Positions 34,337 to 42,184 of a stretch of 64,000 bases of DNA are shown piece after piece. The number at the start of each line of letters is the position of its first letter. The stretch's first letter is position 1. The stretch lies in NCBI GenBank assembly GCA_017621705.1, contig JAGASR010000036.1:6837-70836 (forward strand). Reading direction: 5' to 3'. This DNA is from Clostridia bacterium (lineage in GTDB: Bacteria; Bacillota; Clostridia; Oscillospirales; UBA644). The translations under genes were made by a program, and so were the position numbers. The notes beneath the pieces are model-generated. The model was given only the letters and a program-made list of their open reading frames with translations, was not told where the DNA came from and ran no database searches.

Positions 34337-35983
34337 ATGGAAGAAACGACTAATTTTATTCACGAAATTATAGATTCCGACCTTGCGGAAGGCAGAGCAA
34401 CGCATATTCATACACGTTTTCCGCCCGAGCCGAACGGTTATCTTCATATCGGCAGCGCGAAAGCAATCTGGATAAACTGGTCTACCGCGCAGAAATACGG
34501 CGGTGAATTCAACCTCCGTTTTGACGACACAAACCCTGTCAAAGAAGATACCGAATACGTTGAAGCTATCGAAAACGACCTCAAATGGCTCGGCGCTGTT
34601 CCCAACGGCGGCATCTATTACGGTTCCGACTATTTCGACAAATGCTATGAATTTGCCATCAAACTCATAAAAGAAGGCAAAGCATACGTTTGCGATCTTT
34701 CGAAAGATGAAATGGAACAGTACCGCGGAACTCTTACCGAACCCGGTAAAAACAGCCCGTACAGAGACCGTTCCGTAGAAGAAAACCTCGATCTTTTCGA
34801 AAGAATGAAAAACGGAGAATTCCCCGACGGTGCAAAGACTCTCCGCGCAAAGATCGATATGGCATCGCCCAATATGAACATGAGAGACCCTGCGATCTAC
34901 AGAATCGTTCATACCTCTCATCACAGACAGGGCAACAAATGGTGCATCTACCCGCTTTACGACTATGCGCACCCCATTCAGGATGCACTTGAAGGCATCA
35001 CCCACTCCCTCTGCTCCATCGAATTTGAAAACCACAGACCTCTTTACAACTGGGTCGTAGACAATATCGATTTTGAAGAAAAGCCGCATCAGTGGGAATT
35101 TGCAAGACTTAACATGACGTATACCGTTATGAGTAAGCGTTATCTTCGTCAGCTCGTAGAAGAAAAGCACGTTGACGGTTGGGACGACCCCCGTATGCCC
35201 ACCCTCTGCGCGCTCAGAAGAAGAGGTTACACTCCTTCTGCGATCTTTGATTTTGTAAAGAGAGCAGGCGTTGCAAAAGCATACAGTATTGTTGATATTC
35301 AGCTTCTTGAGCATTGCATCAGAGAAGAGCTCAACACGACCGCACAGAGAAGAATCGCCGTTCTTGACCCGATCAAGGTAACGATCACAAACTTCCCCGA
35401 AGGCGAGACCGAATATTTCGAAGTTCCCAACAATCCGCAGGATCCCGAAGCAGGTTCGAGAAAAGTTCCGTTCACAAAACATCTTTATATCGACAGAAGC
35501 GACTTTGCGGAAGTTCCGCCGCCGAAATTCTTCAGACTCAAACCCGGCGGAGAAGTCAGACTCATGGGCTCATACATTATTAAATATGAAGATATCGTAA
35601 AAGACGAAAACGGCAATATCGTTGAGATCCTCTGTTCCTGCGACCGTGAAACAGCTGCAGGCGTTCCCGCAGACGGAAGAAAGATCAAAGGAACTATCCA
35701 TTGGCTTTCTCAGGAAACAGCGCTCGATACTACCGTTCATATTTACGACAGACTTTTCACTCTTGAAAATGTATTTGATATTCCTGAAAATTCTTCTATC
35801 ATGGACTATGTAAACCATGATTCTCATACCGTTATAACCAACGCAAAACTCGAACCGGCTCTCGCAGACGCAAAGGCGGAAGAGCATTTCCAGTTTGTAA
35901 GAACAGGCTATTTCGTAAAAGATACAAAAGAAGAAAACAGCTATAATCTTACTGTAAGCTTAAAAGACAGTTATAAGGCTTAA
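34337..35983 (+). CDS. glnS: glutamine--tRNA ligase
   Basis: RFPPEPNGYLHIGSAKAI, LRFDDTNP, YPLYDYAHPIQDALEGITHSLC, and VMSKR are canonical GlnRS motifs. Confidence 0.92.
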   Translation: MEETTNFIHEIIDSDLAEGRATHIHTRFPPEPNGYLHIGSAKAIWINWSTAQKYGGEFNLRFDDTNPVKEDTEYVEAIENDLKWLGAVPNGGIYYGSDYFDKCYEFAIKLIKEGKAYVCDLSKDEMEQYRGTLTEPGKNSPYRDRSVEENLDLFERMKNGEFPDGAKTLRAKIDMASPNMNMRDPAIYRIVHTSHHRQGNKWCIYPLYDYAHPIQDALEGITHSLCSIEFENHRPLYNWVVDNIDFEEKPHQWEFARLNMTYTVMSKRYLRQLVEEKHVDGWDDPRMPTLCALRRRGYTPSAIFDFVKRAGVAKAYSIVDIQLLEHCIREELNTTAQRRIAVLDPIKVTITNFPEGETEYFEVPNNPQDPEAGSRKVPFTKHLYIDRSDFAEVPPPKFFRLKPGGEVRLMGSYIIKYEDIVKDENGNIVEILCSCDRETAAGVPADGRKIKGTIHWLSQETALDTTVHIYDRLFTLENVFDIPENSSIMDYVNHDSHTVITNAKLEPALADAKAEEHFQFVRTGYFVKDTKEENSYNLTVSLKDSYKA

Positions 35984-36015
35984 CAAATAAAAAATTTTTA
36001 TAAGAGGTGCTAAAA

Positions 36016-37188
36016 ATGGATTTTGTACGTTTAGGCATAATCGGTCTTGGTAACATGGGTTCCGGTCATATCGGAAACTACCTCGCAGGCAGACTTAAAA
36101 ATGTTAAAATAACAGCTATCTGCGATATCGACCCCGAAAAACTTGCGGCTGCAAGCGAAAAACTCGGCTCAGAAGTTAAAACATTTGCAACATCCGAAGA
36201 ACTTATCCGTTCCGGCGAAGTTGACGCGATCCTTATCGCTACCCCCCACTATTTCCACCCGACGATCGCTATCGACGGTTTCAAAAACGGACTTCATGTT
36301 CTTTCCGAAAAGCCTGCAGGCGTTTACACCAAGGCTGTTCGTGAAATGAACGAAGTTGCTGAAAAATCCGGCAAAGTTTTCGGTTTGATGTTTAACCAGA
36401 GAACGAACCCTGCATATCAGAAGCTTAAAGAAATGATGGATACAGGTGTACTCGGTGAAATGACAAGAGCTACCTGGATCATTACCGACTGGTACAGAAC
36501 TCAGGCATACTACAACTCCGGCGGATGGCGTGCTACATGGGCAGGCGAAGGCGGCGGCGTTCTTCTCAACCAGTGCCCCCACCAGATCGACCTCATGCAG
36601 TGGATCTGCGGCGTTCCGAAGAGAGTTTTTGCACAGGCTGATTTCGGTATGTACCACGATATCGAAGTTGAAGACAACGTAACCGCTGTTTACGAATACG
36701 AAAACGGTGCGAAAGGTCTTTTCGTTACAACCACAGGCGAATACCCCGGTACAAACAGATTTGAAGTTTCCGGCGACCTCGGTAAAGTTGTTATCGAGCA
36801 CGGTAAATTTACCTATTACAAAAACAACGGCTCCGTTAAGGCAAATACAATGGGCGGAGATAACGGTTTCGGCGGTCTCAGTTGCGAAAAAGAAGAGATC
36901 GTTTTTGATAACGGCGGCGAACAGCACGTCGGCATCCTCAACAACTTTGTTGACTGCATCCTCAACGGCACTCCCCTCCTCGCTCCCGGTGTTGAAGGTA
37001 TCAGAGGTCTTACGGTTTCCAACGCTATGCATCTTTCCGCTTGGACAGGCGGCTGGGTAGACGTTCCGTTCGACGAAGATAAATTCTACGATATTCTCAA
37101 AGAAAAAATCGAAACTTCGAGATATGTAAAACCCGAAACTACTTCGAAAGCTGCTGTTGATATTTCCAACACATACGGAAACAAATAA
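36016..37188 (+). CDS. Gfo/Idh/MocA family oxidoreductase, copy 1
   Basis: N-terminal Rossmann motif LGIIGLGNMG, then EKP. Start moved to ATG 36016, 6 nt after AAGAGGTG. Confidence 0.85.
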   Translation: MDFVRLGIIGLGNMGSGHIGNYLAGRLKNVKITAICDIDPEKLAAASEKLGSEVKTFATSEELIRSGEVDAILIATPHYFHPTIAIDGFKNGLHVLSEKPAGVYTKAVREMNEVAEKSGKVFGLMFNQRTNPAYQKLKEMMDTGVLGEMTRATWIITDWYRTQAYYNSGGWRATWAGEGGGVLLNQCPHQIDLMQWICGVPKRVFAQADFGMYHDIEVEDNVTAVYEYENGAKGLFVTTTGEYPGTNRFEVSGDLGKVVIEHGKFTYYKNNGSVKANTMGGDNGFGGLSCEKEEIVFDNGGEQHVGILNNFVDCILNGTPLLAPGVEGIRGLTVSNAMHLSAWTGGWVDVPFDEDKFYDILKEKIETSRYVKPETTSKAAVDISNTYGNK

Positions 37189-37209
37189 GCAAAAAAAGAG
37201 GTGTCTGTA

Positions 37210-38382
37210 ATGGAAAACGTCCGTTTAGGCATAATCGGCCTCGGCAACATGGGTTACAGCCATGTAAAAAACTATGTTACGGGCAAACTTAAAAACGTTA
37301 AACTGACAGCGATTTGCGACATCGACGAAAAGAGACTCGAAATCGTCAGCAAAGAGCTCGGTCCCGAAGTTAAAACATACAATACATCCGAAAAACTTAT
37401 CCGTTCGGGAGAAGTTGATGCGATAGTTATTGCAACTCCGCACTATTTCCATCCCCCGATCGCTATTGACGGTTTCAAAAACGGACTTCACGTTTTAACC
37501 GAAAAGCCTGCAGGGGTTTACACCAAAGCTGTTCGTGAAATGAATGCGGAAGCGGAAGCATCTGGCAAAGTTTTCGGAATCATGTATAATCAGAGAACGA
37601 ATCCCGCGTATCAGAAGCTCAAAGCAATGGTTGAAAGCGGCGAACTCGGCGAGTTGACAAGAGTTGTCTGGATCATTACCGACTGGTACAGAACCCAGGC
37701 ATACTACAATTCGGGCGGCTGGCGCGCAACCTGGGCAGGCGAAGGCGGCGGCGTTCTTCTCAATCAGTGTCCTCACCAGATCGATCTTATGCAGTGGATC
37801 TGCGGCGTTCCGAAACGTGTTTTTGCAAAAGCTGAATTCGGTAAATTTCATAATATTGAAGTTGAAGACTGCGTTACTGCGATGTACGAATACGAAAACG
37901 GCGCTACGGGTATGTTCATGACGACAACGGGCGAATTTCCCGGAACGAACAGACTCGAGATCGCAGGAGACCTCGGAAAAGTCGTTATCGAAGGCGGCAA
38001 GTTCATTCATTATAAGAACAGTACTTCCGTCAGAGAAAACACGATGGACACATCCTCAAGATATGTCGGTCCGACTTGCGAAGTCGAAGAGATCAAGTTT
38101 GACAATGCGGGCGAACAGCACGCAGGTATAATGAACAACTTTATCGATTCTATAATCAACGGCACTCCCCTCCTCGCTCCAGGTATCGAGGGCATAAGAG
38201 GTCTTACCGTTTCAAATGCTATGCATCTTTCGGCATGGACAGGCGACTGGGTGGAAATTCCGTTCGATGAAGATAAATATTATGATCTTCTGAAAGAAAA
38301 GATCGATAATTCAACATTTGTCAAACCCGAAGTTGCTCCCGGCTCTGTTGAAGAAATTTCGGGAACGTACTCAAATAATTAA
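37210..38382 (+). CDS. Gfo/Idh/MocA family oxidoreductase, copy 2 (tandem paralog)
   Basis: Same length and motifs as copy 1. There are long identical stretches (WIITDWYRTQAYYNSGGWRATWAGEGGGVLLNQCPHQIDLMQWICGVPKRVFA). ATG 37210 lies 6 nt after an identical AAGAGGTG RBS. Confidence 0.85.
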   Translation: MENVRLGIIGLGNMGYSHVKNYVTGKLKNVKLTAICDIDEKRLEIVSKELGPEVKTYNTSEKLIRSGEVDAIVIATPHYFHPPIAIDGFKNGLHVLTEKPAGVYTKAVREMNAEAEASGKVFGIMYNQRTNPAYQKLKAMVESGELGELTRVVWIITDWYRTQAYYNSGGWRATWAGEGGGVLLNQCPHQIDLMQWICGVPKRVFAKAEFGKFHNIEVEDCVTAMYEYENGATGMFMTTTGEFPGTNRLEIAGDLGKVVIEGGKFIHYKNSTSVRENTMDTSSRYVGPTCEVEEIKFDNAGEQHAGIMNNFIDSIINGTPLLAPGIEGIRGLTVSNAMHLSAWTGDWVEIPFDEDKYYDLLKEKIDNSTFVKPEVAPGSVEEISGTYSNN

Positions 38383-38383
38383 A

Positions 38384-39736
38384 ATGAGAAATAAAAACAG
38401 TATAAATTTTACTGAGGGGAAAATTCTTTCCCCTCTTCTCATGTTCTGCTTGCCTATTTTTGCGGCGCTTTTCCTGCAGGCGATGTACGGTGCGGTAGAC
38501 TTGATGGTGATCGGTCAGTTCGACGATGCGGCAGGTGTATCGGGTGTCGGTACGGGAAGCGCAGTTATGATGCTCGTAACGACAATAATAAACGGCTTTG
38601 CAGTCGGCACGACCGTAATGATAGGCAGAAGAATAGGCGAAAACGCACCCGAAAAAGCAGGCAAAGCGATCGGCGCTTCGATCTTTCTTTTTGCGATACT
38701 TTCCATTGTTTTGACGGTTCTTATGCTTGTTTACGCTGAGCCGCTCGCACGGCTGATGAAAGCGCCTGAAGAAGCTTTTGATGAGACGGTCACATATGTC
38801 CGCATCTGTTCATCAGGTATCATTTTCATCACGGCGTATAACGTTATCGGCGGTATTTTCAGAGGTCTCGGAAACTCGACGCTTCCGATGATATTCGTTG
38901 CGATAGCATGTGTTGTAAATATTATCGGCGACCTTTTATTTGTTGCGGTATTTAAAATGAACGTTGCAGGTGCGGCGCTCGCGACGATAATGGCGCAGAT
39001 GGTTTCTGTAATTCTGTCACTTGTAATAATAAGAAGGCAGAAGCTTCCGTTTAAATTTACGCTCAAAGATATAGGTTTTCATAAAGAAGAGCTGAAAACG
39101 ATCATAAAGATCGGTTCGCCCATATCTTTTCAAGATGCACTAACGCACTTTTCATTCCTTATGATAAATGCGATAACGAACAACATAGGTCTTGCGGAAT
39201 CGGCAGGATACGGTGTTGCGGAAAGAGTAACGGGATTTATTTTCCTCGTTCCGTCGGCAGTAATGTCGGGAATTACCGCATTTGTAGCGCAAAACTACGG
39301 TGCGGGTAAGCTCGACAGAGCGCGTCAAGGTATGAAAACGGGAATCTTTGCAGGAAGTATAGGCGGTCTTGTGCTTTTCCTTCTCGGATTTTTCTTTGCC
39401 GAACCGCTTTCATCGATATTCGCAAACGATCCTGCAGTAATCGAACAGGCGGCGTTATACTTAAAAGGCTTTTCTTCGGACTGTCTTTTGACTTGTACGC
39501 TTTTCAGCTTTATCGGTTACTTCAACGGCTGCGGAGAGACGACGTGCGTTATGCTGCAAGGTATTACGGCATCGTTCTTATTCAGAGTTCCGCTTTCGTG
39601 GCTGCTTGCAAATATCGAAGGCGCTTCGCTCATGACGATCGGCTTTGCCGCTCCGCTCGCAACGGTTTACGGCATAATCTTCTGCATTGTCGCCTACATT
39701 TTAATATCGAAAAAGCAGAACAAGATAATAACATAG
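38384..39736 (+). CDS. MATE family efflux transporter
   Basis: Start moved to MRNKNSINFTEGKILSPLLMFCLPIFAALFLQAMYGAVDLMVIGQF (ATG 38384, 1 nt after the upstream stop). 12-TM MATE-like layout. Confidence 0.85.
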   Translation: MRNKNSINFTEGKILSPLLMFCLPIFAALFLQAMYGAVDLMVIGQFDDAAGVSGVGTGSAVMMLVTTIINGFAVGTTVMIGRRIGENAPEKAGKAIGASIFLFAILSIVLTVLMLVYAEPLARLMKAPEEAFDETVTYVRICSSGIIFITAYNVIGGIFRGLGNSTLPMIFVAIACVVNIIGDLLFVAVFKMNVAGAALATIMAQMVSVILSLVIIRRQKLPFKFTLKDIGFHKEELKTIIKIGSPISFQDALTHFSFLMINAITNNIGLAESAGYGVAERVTGFIFLVPSAVMSGITAFVAQNYGAGKLDRARQGMKTGIFAGSIGGLVLFLLGFFFAEPLSSIFANDPAVIEQAALYLKGFSSDCLLTCTLFSFIGYFNGCGETTCVMLQGITASFLFRVPLSWLLANIEGASLMTIGFAAPLATVYGIIFCIVAYILISKKQNKIIT

Positions 39737-39737
39737 G

Positions 39738-39768
39738 AAAACAGCCCTTTAAAAGGGCTGTTTTTTTA
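39738..39768. terminator. bidirectional terminator
   Basis: CAGCCC-tttaaaa-GGGCTG followed by TTTTTTT. It lies between the convergent MATE and DUF3021 genes. Confidence 0.7.
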
Positions 39769-40188
39769 CTTCAGATTTTCATTAAGTCGGCTTCCGAGAG
39801 TTCTGATGCAGATAAAAACCGTTATCCACACGATAAAATAAACGACAACAAATATGAGCGAAAAAATAAGAAGGACTGCAGGCTCGAAGGGGATCCATGA
39901 ATTGATTATATAACAAAGGCTATATGAAACATAAAGCGATAAAAAATGGACAAAAAGCGATTTTGCGATCGGCCAATGCTCGATCTGATTGAAAATACTG
40001 GCCCCCGCGTGGACGAATGCAAGAATATAAGTAGAAACGATACTCGTAAAAACATCCGTTCCGCTGAGACTGAAATCATCGAGTGTGAGATGTATGATCA
40101 AAAAAACGATGCCGCAAATTATCGGGCCGAAACCTCCGAACATCATACCTCTGATAAAAAATTCTTTCATATAACTGTTTTTTCTCAT
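39766..40188 (-). CDS. DUF3021-like small membrane protein
   Basis: 140 aa with 4 TM helices. ATGA overlap with the upstream LytTR gene. This pairing is characteristic of DUF3021. Confidence 0.65.
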   Translation of the reverse strand: MRKNSYMKEFFIRGMMFGGFGPIICGIVFLIIHLTLDDFSLSGTDVFTSIVSTYILAFVHAGASIFNQIEHWPIAKSLFVHFLSLYVSYSLCYIINSWIPFEPAVLLIFSLIFVVVYFIVWITVFICIRTLGSRLNENLK

Positions 40189-40622
40189 TTTAAACCTATC
40201 CTTTCTTTAACTCTTTTAACTTGACGACGGGAAACATAATCTTTATATCCGTTTTTTAATATTACGGTCAATGAGCCGCCGAGAGAAGCGCCGAACTTTG
40301 AAATTTTGCGGATATTGCAAAGACACGACTGATTGATCTTCACAAAATCAGCCGAAACGAGCTCTTCGATCTCATAAAGCCGTTGATTTATTCTGAATTT
40401 TCCGCTGTCCGTCAAAGCATAGATCTTGTTTTCTTCAACGATAAAACAATAAATTTCCGTTACGAAAAGCTTTACGGTATCGCGGTTTTCGTCATAGCCG
40501 AGAAGCTCCGTCTCGATATTTGAAATATACGATTCTATATCTTCGATCTGTTTTGTTCGCTGTTTTGCATAAATAAGTACTTTTTCTTCACATGAATTAT
40601 CTATGATCGTCTGAAATTTCAT
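40185..40622 (-). CDS. LytTR-family DNA-binding protein (no receiver domain)
   Basis: Start moved to MKFQTIIDN (ATG 40620-40622) after AAAGGAGGAAG. C-terminal LytTR pattern FVKINQSCLCNIRKI...LKNGYKDYVSRRQVKRVKE. Confidence 0.75.
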   Translation of the reverse strand: MKFQTIIDNSCEEKVLIYAKQRTKQIEDIESYISNIETELLGYDENRDTVKLFVTEIYCFIVEENKIYALTDSGKFRINQRLYEIEELVSADFVKINQSCLCNIRKISKFGASLGGSLTVILKNGYKDYVSRRQVKRVKERIGLK

Positions 40623-40749
40623 TTGTCTTCCTCCTTTGATAACAGTATACCACAACCGATTTTTTTGTCAACGGTTTCAGAGCGTTCGGTCAATTTGAAA
40701 ATGTAAGCGGTAAAATATCCGATTATTTCAAAAAAACAAAAAAGTTATA

Positions 40750-40778
40750 TTGACTTTTGATGATTGCTGTGATATAAT
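40750..40778 (+). promoter_or_regulatory. sigmaA-type promoter of the riboswitch-led operon
   Basis: TTGACT (40750-40755), 17 nt, TGaTATAAT (TATAAT 40773-40778). Confidence 0.7.
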
Positions 40779-40794
40779 TTCGTTGTTAATCAAA

Positions 40795-41052
40795 TATTGC
40801 AATACGGTTCGGGCGATGCCCGATAAGAGGGAAGTTCGGTGCAAATCCGTCGCAACTGCCATTACCGTAAAAGTCGGAAAACTCACCGTAAAAGCAAGGC
40901 AAGAAACATTTTTGGGCAAAGAAGAATGCAGCCGTTTCGGAATAACAGGATAGGTGTACCCTTTTATATCTTTGCTTCAAACTTTTGCCTGCAATTCAAT
41001 GAAACAGTTGCGTCTTCTTCGGTAAAAACGGAGAAAGACGCTTTTTTTGTTT
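40795..41052 (+). promoter_or_regulatory. cobalamin (B12) riboswitch with terminator-type expression platform
   Basis: Core strings AAGAGGGAAGTTCGGTGCAAATCCG, CGCAACTGCC and AAGTCGGAAAAC..CACCG, with possible P1 ACGGT (40804-40808) / ACCGT (40885-40889). Downstream hairpin GCGTCTTCTTC...GAGAAAGACGC plus TTTTTTT (about 41009-41048). Downstream genes encode DUF4430 and ECF proteins. Confidence 0.7.
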
Positions 41053-41066
41053 TGAAAGGAACGCAA

Positions 41067-41342
41067 ATGAGCGAGAAATTTGACAGGCAATCGTGTATAT
41101 CTCTGTTGAAAGAAAAGAAAAAAGAACTTGATGCCGCAGGCGATGACCGTTTTCCGAAAAGATCGGATTTTACGGAAGAACAGATCGTTGCGATCAAAGC
41201 GTTTCTGGGACCGTGGCCGAGAGCACTCGAGGAATCAGGCTTAAAGCAAGCCGACCCGAACAGAGAGACAGACAAAATGCAGAAAAGAATTGCGTTAAAA
41301 CGTAAAAAAACAGAGATCAAAAAGGTAAAAAAGGGCTCATGA
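41067..41342 (+). CDS. small basic protein, unknown function (possible homing-endonuclease-associated-repeat-like motif)
   Basis: The ORF 40839..41342 N-terminus lies in the riboswitch. Start moved to MSEKFDRQ (ATG 41067) after GAAAGGAA. Motif RFPKRSDFTEEQIVAIKAFLGPWPRALEESGLK and a K-rich tail. Confidence 0.55.
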   Translation: MSEKFDRQSCISLLKEKKKELDAAGDDRFPKRSDFTEEQIVAIKAFLGPWPRALEESGLKQADPNRETDKMQKRIALKRKKTEIKKVKKGS

Positions 41343-41398
41343 CCGTGTTTTTAACCTTTTTAAGGTAAAATAAAAAAACAAAAAGGAATGATCTCAAA

Positions 41399-42184
41399 AT
41401 GAAAAAAATTATCAGAATTATGATCGTCTTGGCGATGCTCTTCACCCTTTGCGCTGTCCCGATGGCGGCACAAGGCGTTGAAGTCACGGTAACGATCGCA
41501 AACGGCGATATTATGGTTCACGACACAGTTTCCGTATCGGATGCTGACGGCGACGGTGTTATCTCCATTGCCGATGCTCTCTATGCGGCACACGAAGAAA
41601 ATTACGACGGCGGCGCAAGCGCAGGTTTCGGCACAGAAGATACCCAATGGGGCATCTCGCTCATGAAACTTTGGGGCGTTGAAAACGGCGGAAGCTACGG
41701 CTATCAGATAAACAACGGCAACCCGATGAGCCTTGCTGATCCCGTTAAAGACGGCGACTACGTTTACGCTTACGTTTATACCGATACCGTCGGTTTTTCC
41801 GATACTTACACTTTCTTTAACGAACTTACCGTTAAAGCCACAGAAGGTCAGTCCATTGATCTTACTCTTTCTGCCGCAGGTTACGATGAAAACTGGGCAC
41901 CGATAACTCTTCCCGTTGAAGGCGCAGTTATTACCGTTAACGGCGAAAAGACAGAATTTGTAACCGATGCAGAAGGTAAAGTTTCTGTCAAAATCGACGA
42001 AGCAGGCGAATACACAATCAGCGCTGTATCCGAGACCATGACTCTCGTTCCCCCTGTTTGCACTGCGACCGTTACGGCTGAGTCTAACCCCTCAACTTCC
42101 GACAGCGATATGATGATCTTTGCAGTCACCGCGATCGTTGCAATCGGCGCTGTCATGATGATAAGAAAAAAGGAATGTAAATGA
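41399..42184 (+). CDS. secreted DUF4430-domain protein with Ig-like domain and C-terminal TM anchor
   Basis: Signal peptide MKKIIRIMIVLAMLFTLCAVPMAAQG. DUF4430-like pattern VTVTIANGDIMV...ISIADALYAAH...YGYQINNGNPMSLADPVKDGDYVYAY. C-terminal MMIFAVTAIVAIGAVMMIRKK. Confidence 0.7.
   Translation: MKKIIRIMIVLAMLFTLCAVPMAAQGVEVTVTIANGDIMVHDTVSVSDADGDGVISIADALYAAHEENYDGGASAGFGTEDTQWGISLMKLWGVENGGSYGYQINNGNPMSLADPVKDGDYVYAYVYTDTVGFSDTYTFFNELTVKATEGQSIDLTLSAAGYDENWAPITLPVEGAVITVNGEKTEFVTDAEGKVSVKIDEAGEYTISAVSETMTLVPPVCTATVTAESNPSTSDSDMMIFAVTAIVAIGAVMMIRKKECK

Noticed and set aside
34310-35482. 390-aa minus-strand ORF antisense to glnS.
   Set aside because: GlnRS motifs on the plus strand are unambiguous, and the antisense translation is featureless.
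40728-41066. ORFs 40728-40919 (-), 40750-40953 (+), 40786-40980 (-) and the first 76 codons of 40839-41342 (+).
   Set aside because: They lie in the promoter/riboswitch/terminator leader and have no RBS. The plus-frame ORF only becomes credible from ATG 41067, after the terminator.
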